Source: Jatrophihabitantaceae bacterium | Lineage (GTDB): Bacteria > Actinomycetota > Actinomycetes > Mycobacteriales > Jatrophihabitantaceae | Length of the DNA stretch: 64,000 nt | Reading direction: 5' to 3' | NCBI GenBank assembly: GCA_050742975.1 | Contig: JBOGDQ010000070.1 | Coordinates: 19,889 to 83,888 of the forward strand | Shown here: positions 37,501 through 47,002 of the stretch, piece after piece | Layout: each line of letters begins with the position of its first letter | Position numbering within the stretch: the first letter of the stretch is position 1 | Position numbers and translations under genes: made by a program | Notes under the pieces: generated by a model | Databases searched by the model: none | Seen by the model: only the letters and a program-made list of their open reading frames with translations | What the model was told of the DNA's origin: nothing

Positions 37501-38480
37501 CCGTGACCCGCACGCTTCGAATCGGTACCCGCAGGAGCGCGCTCGCCCGCGCCCAGACGCAGCACATCGTCGAGGCGCTCGGCGTCCCGATCGAGATCGT
37601 GCCGATCGTGACCCAGGGCGACCGCTCGACCGAGGCGCTGGCGCAGCTGGGAGGCACGGGTGTGTTCGTGTCCGCGCTGCGGTCGGCGCTGCTCACGGGC
37701 GAGATCGACGCCGCCGTCCACTCGTTCAAGGATCTGCCGACCGCGGCCGCCGACGGCATCGTGGTCGGAGCCGTCCCGCCTCGCGAGGACGCGCGGGACG
37801 CGCTCGTGGCCCGGTCCGGGTTGACGCTCGCCGAGCTGCCGCAGGGCGCACGGATCGGTACCGGCTCGCCGCGGCGAGCGGCCCAGCTGCGCGCCCTCGG
37901 CCTCGGGCTGGAGATCATCGAGATCCGCGGCAACGTCGACACCCGGCTCGGCAAGGTCGCGTCCGGCGAGCTCGACGGCGTCGTTCTCGCGCTGGCCGGA
38001 CTGCGACGGCTGGGCCGGGACAGCGAGGCCACCGAAGTCCTCGACCCGATCCAGGTGCTGCCCGCAGCGGCACAGGGCGCGCTGGCCGTCGAGTGCCGCG
38101 CGTCGTCCGAGGAGGTTCGCGCCACGCTCGCCGGGCTCGAGCACGCCGACACGCGCATTGCGGTCACCGCCGAGCGCGCGTTGCTGGCGGCGCTGGAGGC
38201 CGGCTGCTCGGCGCCGGTAGGTGCTATCGCTGAGGTCGTCGAGGGCGACTACGGCACCGACTGTAAGTCCAGGCGCCCGGCGTCCGGCGACGAAAGGAGC
38301 CGGCGCGATGGGTGCGGCACCGAAGTGTTCCTTCGGGCATCGGTGACGGCGATCGACGGCAGCGCTGCCGTTCGACTGTCCGCCACCGGCCCGACCACCG
38401 ATGCCGAGGGCGTGGGACGACGGCTCGCCGCCGAACTCCTCGCCGACGGTGCAGATCGAATGATGGGGAGCTCGTCATGA
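37497..38480 (+). CDS. hemC: hydroxymethylbilane synthase (porphobilinogen deaminase)
   Basis: LRIGTRRSALARAQT...HSFKDLPT...GTGSPRRAAQL...IRGNVDTRL. Contains an extra ~20-aa segment near the C-terminus. Confidence 0.93.
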   Translation: MTVTRTLRIGTRRSALARAQTQHIVEALGVPIEIVPIVTQGDRSTEALAQLGGTGVFVSALRSALLTGEIDAAVHSFKDLPTAAADGIVVGAVPPREDARDALVARSGLTLAELPQGARIGTGSPRRAAQLRALGLGLEIIEIRGNVDTRLGKVASGELDGVVLALAGLRRLGRDSEATEVLDPIQVLPAAAQGALAVECRASSEEVRATLAGLEHADTRIAVTAERALLAALEAGCSAPVGAIAEVVEGDYGTDCKSRRPASGDERSRRDGCGTEVFLRASVTAIDGSAAVRLSATGPTTDAEGVGRRLAAELLADGADRMMGSSS

Positions 38481-40033
38481 CCCGCGTGCGCAAGATCGTC
38501 GGCCGTATCACCTTCGTGGGTGCCGGTCCCGGCGACCCGGGACTGCTCGCCGTACACGCCACCGACGCGCTGAGCCGGGCGGACATCGTCTATGCCGACG
38601 AGTCCGTCAACCCGGCGGTCAAGGCGCTCGCCCGCGGCGAGGTTCGTGCCGCGGACACGGTGCCGGCGGAGACGGCCAAGCTGATGCTGGCCGAGGCCCG
38701 CAACGGCCTGTCGGTCACCCGCCTCGTCGCAGGCGACCCGATGTCCGACGACCGCGTCGTGAAGGAGGCGCTCGCGGTAGCCAGGACCGTCGTGCCGTTC
38801 GACGTCGTCCCGGGCGTCGGAACCGGAGTCGGCGCGGCGACCTACGCCGGCGTCCCCTACGGCTCGATCCGCACCGAGGCCGACGTCACCGACGCCGAGA
38901 CGCTCGATTACGAGGCACTGGCCGCGGCGCCCGGCACGCTCGTGCTGACCGCCGAGGCCGCCGACGTGCGGCTGCTCGGCGAGCAGCTGGTCGCGAACGG
39001 GCTCAAGCCCGACACCGCCGTCACGGTCAGCTGCGGCGCCACGTCCACCGGCCAGCAGACGATCGCCGGCACGCTCGGCGACCTCGAGCTGGCCGCGGTC
39101 GGCATGACCGGCACCCTGGTCGTCACCGTCGGCAAGGCCGCCACCCAGCGCGAGAGGCTGGCGTGGTGGGAGGCGCGCGCGCTCTACGGCTGGAAGGTCC
39201 TCGTCCCGCGGACGAAGGAGCAGGCCGGGGCGATGAGCGAGCGGCTGCGTTCGTACGGCGCGGTGCCGGTCGAGGTTCCGACGATCGCGGTCGAGCCGCC
39301 GCGCACGCCGACGCAGATGGAGCGCGCGATCAAGGGCCTGGTCACCGGCCGGTACGAGTGGATCGTGTTCACCTCGACCAACGCGGTGCGGGCGGTGCGC
39401 GAGAAGTTCGAGGAGTACGGCCTGGACGCGCGCGCGTTCGCCGGCGTGAAGATCGCCTGCGTGGGTGAGGCCACTGCGGACGCGGTGCGCGCGTTCGGCA
39501 TCAACCCCGAGCTGGTGCCGTCGGGCGAGCAGTCGTCCGAGGGCCTGCTGCTCGACTTCCCGCCGTACGACGACGTGCTCGACCCGATCGACCGGGTGCT
39601 GCTGCCGCGCGCGGACATCGCGACCGAGACGCTGGCCGCCGGGTTGCGCGAGCGGGGCTGGGAGATCGACGACGTAACGGCGTACCGCACGGTGCGTGCC
39701 GCGCCGCCGGCGGCCGAGATCCGCGACGCAATCAAGTCCGGCGGCTTCCAGGCGGTGTGCTTCACCTCGTCCTCGACCGTGCGGAACCTGGTCGGCATCG
39801 CCGGCAAGCCGCACGCGCGGACGGTCGTGGCCTGCATCGGACCGCAGACCGCGGCCACGGCCAAGGAGTTCGGCCTGCGGGTGGACGTCCAGCCCGAGTC
39901 GGCGACGATCCCGGCGCTGGTCGACGCGCTGGCCGCGCACGCGGCGGCGAAGGCGATCGAGGAGCGGGAGAAGGCCGCCGCCGCGGCCGCGAAGAAGGCC
40001 GCCCGCTCGTCCTCGCGCCGAGCCGTCCGCTGA
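38477..40033 (+). CDS. bifunctional uroporphyrinogen-III C-methyltransferase / uroporphyrinogen-III synthase
   Basis: N-terminal SUMT motif FVGAGPGDPGLL and a C-terminal HemD-like half (VLVPRTKEQA...). ATGA-coupled to hemC. Confidence 0.88.
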   Translation: MTRVRKIVGRITFVGAGPGDPGLLAVHATDALSRADIVYADESVNPAVKALARGEVRAADTVPAETAKLMLAEARNGLSVTRLVAGDPMSDDRVVKEALAVARTVVPFDVVPGVGTGVGAATYAGVPYGSIRTEADVTDAETLDYEALAAAPGTLVLTAEAADVRLLGEQLVANGLKPDTAVTVSCGATSTGQQTIAGTLGDLELAAVGMTGTLVVTVGKAATQRERLAWWEARALYGWKVLVPRTKEQAGAMSERLRSYGAVPVEVPTIAVEPPRTPTQMERAIKGLVTGRYEWIVFTSTNAVRAVREKFEEYGLDARAFAGVKIACVGEATADAVRAFGINPELVPSGEQSSEGLLLDFPPYDDVLDPIDRVLLPRADIATETLAAGLRERGWEIDDVTAYRTVRAAPPAAEIRDAIKSGGFQAVCFTSSSTVRNLVGIAGKPHARTVVACIGPQTAATAKEFGLRVDVQPESATIPALVDALAAHAAAKAIEEREKAAAAAAKKAARSSSRRAVR

Positions 40034-40039
40034 GCTTCG

Positions 40040-40092
40040 CCCGATTGTGCAACTCTCGGCGGTCTGACACCGCCGGAGGTTGCACAATCGGG
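40040..40092. repeat. 53-nt compound palindromic element (CCCGATTGTGCAAC...GTTGCACAATCGGG), copy 1
   Basis: A 14-bp perfect outer stem plus inner CGGCGG/CCGCCG stem, 7 nt after the hemD-fusion stop. A near-identical element lies at 46294-46345. Confidence 0.8.
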
Positions 40093-40105
40093 TAGGAACG
40101 GGGTT

Positions 40106-41104
40106 GTGATGTTGCCTGAGCTGCCGCCGTTCCCGGTCTCCCGTCCACGCCGGCTGCGGCGCACGCCCGCGCTGCGCCGACTGATGTCCGACGTGGCCGT
40201 GCGGCCGTCCGATCTGGTGCTGCCGATGTTCGTGCGCGAGTCGATCTCCGAGCCGACGCCGATCTCGTCCATGCCGGGGGTCGTCCAGCACACGCAAGAT
40301 TCGCTGGTCAAGGCTGCCGTCGAGGCAGTCGAGGCGGGTGTCGGCGGGCTGATGCTGTTCGGCATCCCGGTGCGCAAGGACGCGCAGGGCTCGGGCGCCG
40401 ACGACCCGGACGGTGTGCTCAACGTGGCCCTGCGCCGGCTGCGCGCCGAGGTGGGCGGCGACACGGTGCTGATGGCCGACCTGTGCCTGGACGAGTTCAC
40501 CGACCATGGCCACTGCGGCGTGCTCGCCGGGGACGGCTCCGTCGACAACGACGCGACGCTGCACCTGTACGCGTCGATGGGTCTCGCGCAGGCCGAGGCG
40601 GGGGCGCACCTGCTCGGAACCAGCGGGATGATGGACGGCCAGGTCGGCGCGGTGCGGGCTGCCCTCGACGCAGCCGGCCACGTCGACACCGGCATCCTGG
40701 GCTACGCGCCGAAGTACGCGTCCGGCTTCTATGGCCCGTTCCGCGAGGCGGTGAGCTCCTCGCTCACCGGCGATCGCAAGAGCTACCAGCAGGACAACGC
40801 CCGCTCGGTGGCCGAGGCGCTGGCCGAGGTGGCGCTGGACGTCGCGGAGGGTGCCGACCTGGTCATGGTCAAGCCGGCGCTGCCGTACCTGGACGTGCTG
40901 CGCGCGGTCGCGGACGCCTCGCCGGTGCCCGTCGCGGCGTACCAAATCAGCGGCGAGTACGCGATGGTCGAGGCGGCGACCGAGCGCGGCTGGCTCGATC
41001 GCGATCGCGTCGTCGTCGAGACGCTGACCTCGATCAAGCGCGCCGGTGCGTCCTTGATCCTCACCTACTGGGCGACGAGATTTGCTAACGGCGAGTTTAC
41101 TTAA
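40106..41104 (+). CDS. hemB: porphobilinogen synthase (delta-aminolevulinate dehydratase)
   Basis: RPRRLRRTPALRRL...MVKPALPYLD...YQISGEYAM motifs. Confidence 0.95.
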   Translation: MMLPELPPFPVSRPRRLRRTPALRRLMSDVAVRPSDLVLPMFVRESISEPTPISSMPGVVQHTQDSLVKAAVEAVEAGVGGLMLFGIPVRKDAQGSGADDPDGVLNVALRRLRAEVGGDTVLMADLCLDEFTDHGHCGVLAGDGSVDNDATLHLYASMGLAQAEAGAHLLGTSGMMDGQVGAVRAALDAAGHVDTGILGYAPKYASGFYGPFREAVSSSLTGDRKSYQQDNARSVAEALAEVALDVAEGADLVMVKPALPYLDVLRAVADASPVPVAAYQISGEYAMVEAATERGWLDRDRVVVETLTSIKRAGASLILTYWATRFANGEFT

Positions 41105-41172
41105 TATGTGAGCGGGCTTGCGAGCGAACCAATCGGTAGAGGTACGCCTCCGCGGCCGACGAGGGAGGCCGA

Positions 41173-42102
41173 GTGAGCGTTGCGCGGCCGATCTACGCCG
41201 AGCCGGGGCGAAGCTACATGTCCTCAGCCGTGCTGCTCGTCGTGCTCGTCGCCGGCTTCGTGGGGGACCTGCTGCTCGGCGGCGGGCGCGCGCACCTGAT
41301 CGGCTGGCTGATCGCGGTGATCGTGGTCGTAGGCATCGACACACTCACCGTGCGCTCCGCGCGCACCCTGCGCTCGGTCACGCTGACCGAGCACGAGCTG
41401 CGCGTCGGCGAGGAGGTGATCGAGCGCGATGACATCGTCGCCGTCGATCACGAGTTCGACCCGCTGACGCCGATCGTCGGCCGGTCCGTGGCCGACGGGC
41501 TGCCGCGAGGCTGGAGCGGGCTGGCGCTGCACCTGGCCGACGGCCGGTACGTGGTAGCCCCGACCCGGCACCCGGACCGGCTCGGGTCGGCGCTGGAGCT
41601 AGCGCTCGACGTCCCTGACGTGCGGGCGGCCGAGCCGGAGGAGCTGCCGCTGCTGGCCGAGATCGACGAGCGGGCCGAGTCGCTGTTCCGGGTGGCCGGC
41701 CTGGAACTGCCCGCTATCGCGTTCCCGATCGACGAGCTGCACGACGCCAAGGCGGTGTTCGTGGTCGGCCGCCCGCCGGTCGGGTTCGTCCGGGTGGAGG
41801 AGGTCGACGGCCTCGCGCACATCGAGGAGCTCGCCGTGCTGCCCGGGCGCATGCGGCGCGGCCTGGGCACGTCGTTGCTGGAGGCGGCCTGCACCTGGGC
41901 CAAGGCGCACGACTACCCGGCGATCACGCTCATCACCTACGCCGACGTGACGTGGAACGGGCCGTTCTACGCGGCCCGCCAGTTCGTCGAGGTGGCAGAG
42001 CCGACTCCCGAGCTGGTCGAGCTGCGCGACTGGGAGACGACGATGGGGCTGGACCGCATCGGCCGCCGCATCGTCATGCGCCGCGAGCTCGGCTCCTCCT
42101 GA
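41173..42102 (+). CDS. GNAT-family N-acetyltransferase with N-terminal membrane segments
   Basis: C-terminal HIEELAVLPGRMRRGLGTSLLEAA acetyl-CoA binding pattern. Hydrophobic N-terminus. Confidence 0.75.
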   Translation: MSVARPIYAEPGRSYMSSAVLLVVLVAGFVGDLLLGGGRAHLIGWLIAVIVVVGIDTLTVRSARTLRSVTLTEHELRVGEEVIERDDIVAVDHEFDPLTPIVGRSVADGLPRGWSGLALHLADGRYVVAPTRHPDRLGSALELALDVPDVRAAEPEELPLLAEIDERAESLFRVAGLELPAIAFPIDELHDAKAVFVVGRPPVGFVRVEEVDGLAHIEELAVLPGRMRRGLGTSLLEAACTWAKAHDYPAITLITYADVTWNGPFYAARQFVEVAEPTPELVELRDWETTMGLDRIGRRIVMRRELGSS

Positions 42103-42114
42103 TTTCCCGCGGGC

Positions 42115-42879
42115 TCAGCGCGGCGCCATGCGGATCGCGCCGTCGAGGCGGATGACCTCGCCGTTGAGCATCGGGTTGCCGACAATGTGCTCGACCAGCG
42201 CGGCGTACTCGGACGGGTCACCGAGCCGGCTCGGGTGCGGTACCTGGGCGCCGAGCGAGTCCTGCGCCTCCTGCGGCAACCCCTCGAGCATCGGCGTCTT
42301 GAACAGGCCGGGCGCGATCGTCATGACGCGGATCTGCCTGTCGGCAAGGTCGCGCGCGATCGCCAGCGTCATCCCCACGACGCCGCCCTTCGACGCGGAG
42401 TAGGCCGCCTGCCCGACCTGGCCGTCGAACGCCGCGACGGACGCGGTGTTGACGATGACGCCGCGCTCGCCGTCGACCGGTTCGGTGGCCGCAATCCGTT
42501 CTGCGGCAAGGCGAATCACGTTGAAGGTGCCGATCAGGTTGACCGTGACGACGCGGGCGAACTGCTCAAGCGGCAGCACCACCCCCTTTCCGCTGATAAC
42601 CCGGCCCGGTGTGCCGATGCCCGCGCAGTTGACCGCGATGCGGATCGGGCCGAGAGCGGCGGCGGCGTCGAGTGCAGCGGCCACCTGGGCCTCGTCCGTG
42701 ACGTCGGCCGGGGCGAAGCTGGCCTGCGTCCCGATCGACTCCACGGCCTTTTCACCCGGCGCGGACGGGAGGTCCACCAGCACCACCCGGGCCCCGGCCG
42801 TGGCCAGGCGCCGCGCCGTAGCCTGGCCGAGCCCGGACGCGCCGCCGGTGATGACCGCGACGCTGCCTTCGATGTTCAT
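42115..42879 (-). CDS. 3-hydroxyacyl-CoA dehydrogenase-type SDR
   Basis: [15 protein letters not shown]...[12 protein letters not shown]...[17 protein letters not shown]10-like pattern. Confidence 0.85.
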   Translation of the reverse strand: MNIEGSVAVITGGASGLGQATARRLATAGARVVLVDLPSAPGEKAVESIGTQASFAPADVTDEAQVAAALDAAAALGPIRIAVNCAGIGTPGRVISGKGVVLPLEQFARVVTVNLIGTFNVIRLAAERIAATEPVDGERGVIVNTASVAAFDGQVGQAAYSASKGGVVGMTLAIARDLADRQIRVMTIAPGLFKTPMLEGLPQEAQDSLGAQVPHPSRLGDPSEYAALVEHIVGNPMLNGEVIRLDGAIRMAPR

Positions 42880-43230
42880 TCACTTGCCCTTTCGAGTCCG
42901 GGATCGGGGTCGATCCTGCACCACGGGCAGCGGGCGCAGCGGTACCGGGGTGGTGACCACGATCGACGTCACGGTCTGGCCGTACAGCAGGAACCGGTCC
43001 AGGACGGACTCCAGTTCGGCGATCGTCGGCGCGTGGACGCGGACCAGGAAGCAGTCCTCGCCGGTGATGCGGTGGCACTCGGTCACCTCGCGCAGCGACC
43101 TCGCCAGGTCCGCGATCTTCGCGAGCTGTCCCGCGGCCGGGCGGATCCGGGTGAACGCGGTGACCGGCATCCCGAGCGCAGCCGGATCGACGTCGAGGTG
43201 GTAGCCACCGATGACGCCGGACCGCTCCAT
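42880..43230 (-). CDS. Lrp/AsnC-family ligand-binding (RAM) domain protein lacking the N-terminal HTH (probably 5'-truncated)
   Basis: It begins MERSGVIGGYHLDVDPAALG, which is the linker after the HTH in full-length Lrp/AsnC proteins (compare 58585..59037). An in-frame TGA lies 15 nt upstream. The upstream space is occupied by 48-nt repeats. Confidence 0.6.
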   Translation of the reverse strand: MERSGVIGGYHLDVDPAALGMPVTAFTRIRPAAGQLAKIADLARSLREVTECHRITGEDCFLVRVHAPTIAELESVLDRFLLYGQTVTSIVVTTPVPLRPLPVVQDRPRSRTRKGK

Positions 43231-43252
43231 CCGCTGCCGTGCTCAGTGAGCG

Positions 43253-43300
43253 GATCTTCCTGCGCCAGCCGTCACCGGCACTACCCGGCGCAGGAAGATC
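43253..43300 (-). repeat. 48-nt palindromic repeat element, copy a (reverse orientation)
   Basis: The reverse complement GATCTTCCTGCGCCGGGTAGTGCCGGTGACGGCTGGCGCAGGAAGATC has 13-bp terminal inverted repeats. It lies 22 nt upstream of ATG 43230. Confidence 0.85.
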
Positions 43301-43319
43301 GCGCGGCGCAGGTGAAGTG

Positions 43320-43342
43320 CCCGGCGCAGGAAGATCGCGCGG
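43320..43342 (-). repeat. partial duplicate of the 48-nt element end (CCCGGCGCAGGAAGATCGCGCGG)
   Basis: 23-bp direct repeat of 43284-43306. Confidence 0.75.
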
Positions 43343-43352
43343 CCGGCAACTG

Positions 43353-44222
43353 GTGTCGCGGCTGCCACCCACGTCGTTCTTCCTGACCAGCGCGATCTTC
43401 CACTACCTCGGACCGTCGCTGGCCGTGCTGCTGTTCGCGCACGTCGCGGCGCTGGGTGTGGCCTGGCTGCGCATCCTGTCGGCGGCGGTGGTCTTCGCGC
43501 TCTGGCGTCGTCCGTGGCGGCTGCTGCGGTCGATGACGCGTTCGCAGCGACGGCTGTTGTTGGCGCTGGGCGTGGTGCTGGCGGGGATGAACTCGCTGTT
43601 CTACCTCGCCGTCGCCCGGCTGCCGCTGGCGACGGTCGGCGCGATCGAGTTCCTCGGCACGGTCGTGCTCGCGAGCCTCGGTGCGCGGACGACCCGCAAC
43701 GTGCTGGCGCTGCTGCTCGCGGTCGGCGGGGTGGCTGTCCTGACCGACGTGCGGATCGCCCATGACCTGACCGGCTTCGTGTTCGCGTTCGCCAACTGCG
43801 TCGGGTTCATGCTGTACGTAGTGCTGGCACACCGGGTGGCCAGCGAGGGCGCTTCGCGGGGCCAGCTGGGCGGGATCGACCAGCTCGGCGCGGCGATGCT
43901 CGTCGCGGCGTTCGCGTCCGCACCGCTCGGGCTCGCCGACGCGCTGCCCGCGTTCGCCCACCCGCTCTGGTTGCTGTGGGGCGTCGGCGTCGGGGTGTGC
44001 TCGTCGGTCATCCCGTACGTCACCGACCAACTGGCGATGGCGCGGCTGCCGCGGGCGACGTTTGCGCTGATGCTCGCGCTGCTGCCAGCGGCGGCGACGC
44101 TGATCGGGCTGGTCGTGCTCGGCCAGGTGCCGACCCGGCCGGACATCGCCGGCATCGTCCTGGTGATTGCCGGCCTGGCCGTGCACCGCGAGTCGGAGGT
44201 GCCCACGTCCCTGGGAGAATGA
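43353..44222 (+). CDS. EamA/DMT-family transporter
   Basis: Ten-TM pattern with duplicated EamA halves. Start at GTG 43353 because the listed upstream extension reads through the repeat elements. Confidence 0.8.
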   Translation: MSRLPPTSFFLTSAIFHYLGPSLAVLLFAHVAALGVAWLRILSAAVVFALWRRPWRLLRSMTRSQRRLLLALGVVLAGMNSLFYLAVARLPLATVGAIEFLGTVVLASLGARTTRNVLALLLAVGGVAVLTDVRIAHDLTGFVFAFANCVGFMLYVVLAHRVASEGASRGQLGGIDQLGAAMLVAAFASAPLGLADALPAFAHPLWLLWGVGVGVCSSVIPYVTDQLAMARLPRATFALMLALLPAAATLIGLVVLGQVPTRPDIAGIVLVIAGLAVHRESEVPTSLGE

Positions 44223-45544
44223 CCGGCGTGAGCACCGATGCCCCGATCTCGGCCGAACTGTTTGCTCGCGCGCAGCGTGTGACCCCGGGGGGCGTGAACT
44301 CGCCTGTGCGAGCGTTTCACGCGGTCGGCGGCACGCCCCGGTTCATGGTCAGCGGGACCGGTGCGTACCTGACCGATGCGGACGGCCGGCAGTACGTCGA
44401 CCTGGTCTCGTCGTGGGGGCCGATGATCCTCGGGCACGCGCATCCTGCCGTCGTCGCCGCCGCTCAGGCCGCCGCCGCCGGTGGGCTGTCGTTCGGCGCG
44501 CCCACGATCGGTGAGGTCGAGCTCGCGGAGACGATCGTCGAACGGGTCGCCTCGCCGTCGCTGCAGCAGGTCCGGCTCGTCAACTCCGGTACCGAGGCGA
44601 CCATGTCGGCGATCCGGCTGGCCCGCGGCGTCACCGGCCGGCACCGGGTGGTGAAGTTCGCCGGGTGCTATCACGGGCACGTCGACGCGCTGCTGGCCGC
44701 GGCCGGTTCGGGCGTCGTGACGTTCGCGCTGCCGGACACGCCCGGAGTGACCGGGGCGCAGACCGCCGAGACGATCGTGCTGCCGTACAACGATCTCGCT
44801 GCCGTCGAGGTGTGCTTCGCCGAGTTCGGCGCGGACATCGCCTGCGTGATCACCGAGGCGGCGGCCGGGAACATGGGCGCCGTGCCGCCGGCGGCCGGTT
44901 TCAACGCCGGTCTGCGGGAGATCACGTTCAAGCACGGTGCGCTGCTGATCATGGACGAGGTGATGACCGGGTTCCGCGTGTCGGCGTCCGGCTGGTACGG
45001 CCTCGATCCGGTCGAGGCGGACCTGTTCACGTTCGGGAAGGTGATGAGCGGCGGGCTGCCGGCGGCCGCGTTCGGGGGTCGCGAGGACGCGATGGCCCGG
45101 CTCGCTCCGTCCGGGCCGGTCTACCAGGCCGGGACGCTGTCGGGGAATCCGGTCGCGGTCGCGGCCGGGCTGGCGACGCTGCGCGCGGCGGACGCGCGCG
45201 TGTACGCGGCCCTCGACGCGAACGCCAGCACCGTCGGCCGGCTGGTGTCGACGGCGCTGGCCGAGTCCGGTGTGGCGCACCAGGTGCAGTTTGCGGGCAA
45301 CCTGTTCTCGGTGTTCTTCGGCGCCGAACCCGTCGTCGACTTCGCCGGCGCGCAGGCCGCCGAAACCTGGCGGTACCCCCCGTTCTTCCACGCGATGCTG
45401 GACGCCGGCGTGTACCTGCCACCGAGCGCGTTCGAGGCCTGGTTCGTCAATGCCGCTATGGACGACGGCGCCCTGGCCCGGATCGCCGACGCCCTCCCGG
45501 CCGCCGCCCGCGCCGCGGCCGCCGCGGCGGAACGCCCGAACTGA
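44219..45544 (+). CDS. hemL: glutamate-1-semialdehyde 2,1-aminomutase
   Basis: [20 protein letters not shown]...DEVMTGFRV...GKVMSGGLP motifs. ATGA-coupled to the transporter gene. Confidence 0.95.
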   Translation: MTGVSTDAPISAELFARAQRVTPGGVNSPVRAFHAVGGTPRFMVSGTGAYLTDADGRQYVDLVSSWGPMILGHAHPAVVAAAQAAAAGGLSFGAPTIGEVELAETIVERVASPSLQQVRLVNSGTEATMSAIRLARGVTGRHRVVKFAGCYHGHVDALLAAAGSGVVTFALPDTPGVTGAQTAETIVLPYNDLAAVEVCFAEFGADIACVITEAAAGNMGAVPPAAGFNAGLREITFKHGALLIMDEVMTGFRVSASGWYGLDPVEADLFTFGKVMSGGLPAAAFGGREDAMARLAPSGPVYQAGTLSGNPVAVAAGLATLRAADARVYAALDANASTVGRLVSTALAESGVAHQVQFAGNLFSVFFGAEPVVDFAGAQAAETWRYPPFFHAMLDAGVYLPPSAFEAWFVNAAMDDGALARIADALPAAARAAAAAAERPN

Positions 45545-45556
45545 TGGCCGAAGGTG

Positions 45557-45604
45557 GATCTTCCTGCTCCGAGCGCACCGGGTGACGGCTGGCGCAGGAA
45601 GATC
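45557..45604 (+). repeat. 48-nt palindromic repeat element, copy b
   Basis: GATCTTCCTGCTCCGAGCGCACCGGGTGACGGCTGGCGCAGGAAGATC, 12 nt after the hemL stop and 24 nt before GTG 45629. Confidence 0.85.
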
Positions 45605-45628
45605 GAGTCGGTTTGGGAGGATGGGCGC

Positions 45629-46291
45629 GTGATCACCGTTCACCTGCTGCGTCACGGCGAGGTCTTCAACCCCGACCGGATCCTGTACGGGCGGCTACCC
45701 GGCTACCGGCTCTCGGACCTCGGGATCGCACAGGCCAAGCTCGCGGCCGAGTACCTGGCGCAGCGGCCGATCGGCTACCTGGTCTGCTCCCCGCTGGAGC
45801 GCGCACAGCAGACTGCGCAGCCGCTGGCCGAGGCCCTCGGGCTGCCGATCGCCGTCGACGAACGCCTGCTCGAGGCCGACAACCATCTCGAGGGACGCCA
45901 GGTCGCGGGCGGGAAGGGCCTGCTCACCGACTGGCGTAGCTACCGGTACTACTGGAACCCGTTCCGTCCGTCGTGGGGTGAGCCGTACGCCGAGATCGCG
46001 ACGCGGGTGCTGGCCGCCGCCCGCAGCGCGCGTGACGCCGCCCGTAACGCCGCCGCCAACGACGCCGCCGACGTCGGCGCGCAGGCCGAGGCCGTGTGCG
46101 TCACTCACCAACTGCCGATCGTCGCAGCTCGACGACAGGCCGAGGGCAAGGTGCTGTTCCACGACCCGCGCCGGCGCGAGTGCGGCCTGGCGTCGGTCAC
46201 CTCGTTCACGTTCGACGGGGACCGGATCGCCGACATCACGTACGCCGAGCCGGCCGCCGCGCTGCCGTCCGGACACGGAGCCGGTGCGTGA
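45629..46291 (+). CDS. histidine phosphatase family protein
   Basis: VHLLRHGEVFNP... RHG motif. In hemL-phosphatase-thioredoxin-ccdA-resB-ccsB synteny. Confidence 0.82.
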   Translation: MITVHLLRHGEVFNPDRILYGRLPGYRLSDLGIAQAKLAAEYLAQRPIGYLVCSPLERAQQTAQPLAEALGLPIAVDERLLEADNHLEGRQVAGGKGLLTDWRSYRYYWNPFRPSWGEPYAEIATRVLAAARSARDAARNAAANDAADVGAQAEAVCVTHQLPIVAARRQAEGKVLFHDPRRRECGLASVTSFTFDGDRIADITYAEPAAALPSGHGAGA

Positions 46292-46293
46292 CG

Positions 46294-46345
46294 CCGATTG
46301 TGCAACTCTGGGCGGCGTGAGACCGCCGAAAGTTGCACAATCCGG
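46294..46345. repeat. compound palindromic element (CCGATTGTGCAAC...GTTGCACAATCCGG), copy 2
   Basis: Same architecture and near-identical arms as 40040-40092. It starts 3 nt after the phosphatase stop. Confidence 0.8.
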
Positions 46346-46420
46346 TCTGGAGCCGGCCTGCATCACAGCGGGCTGAGCCGACTGCGGGCGCGCGGACCGG
46401 GTAACGCACACTGGACGTCG

Positions 46421-47002
46421 ATGAAACTCCGCCTGCTCGCTGTCCTGTCGATCGCCGCCGCGCTCGTGCTGTCCGGCTGCACCGGCAAGGACGCGGTCGT
46501 CCAGGGCGACGGCGGGAACAACTTCCACTTCGTCGGCGGCACGTCGCTGGGCAAGTCGTACCCGATCGCCGATCGCAAGAAGGCGGGCAACTTCACCGGC
46601 GACCTGCTCGACGGAGGCAAGCTCAGCCTGTCCCAGTTCGCCGGCAAGGTCGTCGTCATCAATTTCTGGGCGACCTGGTGCGGTCCGTGCCAGACCGAGA
46701 CGCCGCAGTTCGACAGTGTCTACCGCAAGTACAAGGCCAAGGGCGTCGCGTTCATCGGGATCGACACCAAGAACAGCCCTAGCAGCAAGGCCAAGTCGTT
46801 CGTCAAGGACAACGACATCAGCTACCCGATGGTCTACGACCAGACCGGCGAGACCGCGCTGCGGCTGGGCAAGATCCCCGCGCTGTCACTGCCGTTCACG
46901 GTGATCGTCGACAAGCACGGCCGGGTCGCCGTCGTCTACCTGAACGAGATGACGGCCAAGGATCTCGAGCCGCTGCTCGACAAGCTGCTCGCGGAGTCGT
47001 AG
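46421..47002 (+). CDS. TlpA/ResA-like thiol-disulfide oxidoreductase lipoprotein
   Basis: Lipobox LVLSGC and the thioredoxin motif WATWCGPC. Confidence 0.88.
   Translation: MKLRLLAVLSIAAALVLSGCTGKDAVVQGDGGNNFHFVGGTSLGKSYPIADRKKAGNFTGDLLDGGKLSLSQFAGKVVVINFWATWCGPCQTETPQFDSVYRKYKAKGVAFIGIDTKNSPSSKAKSFVKDNDISYPMVYDQTGETALRLGKIPALSLPFTVIVDKHGRVAVVYLNEMTAKDLEPLLDKLLAES

Noticed and set aside
38249-41344. 1031-aa minus-strand ORF, the longest uninterrupted ORF in the region
   Set aside because: It is antisense to hemC/hemD-fusion/hemB, which have unmistakable enzyme motifs. Its translation is Arg/Gly/Asp/Pro-rich with no motifs. This is a typical high-GC antisense artefact.
43601-45655. 684-aa minus-strand ORF
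   Set aside because: Antisense to hemL and the EamA transporter, with Arg/Pro/Gly-biased composition and no domain signatures.
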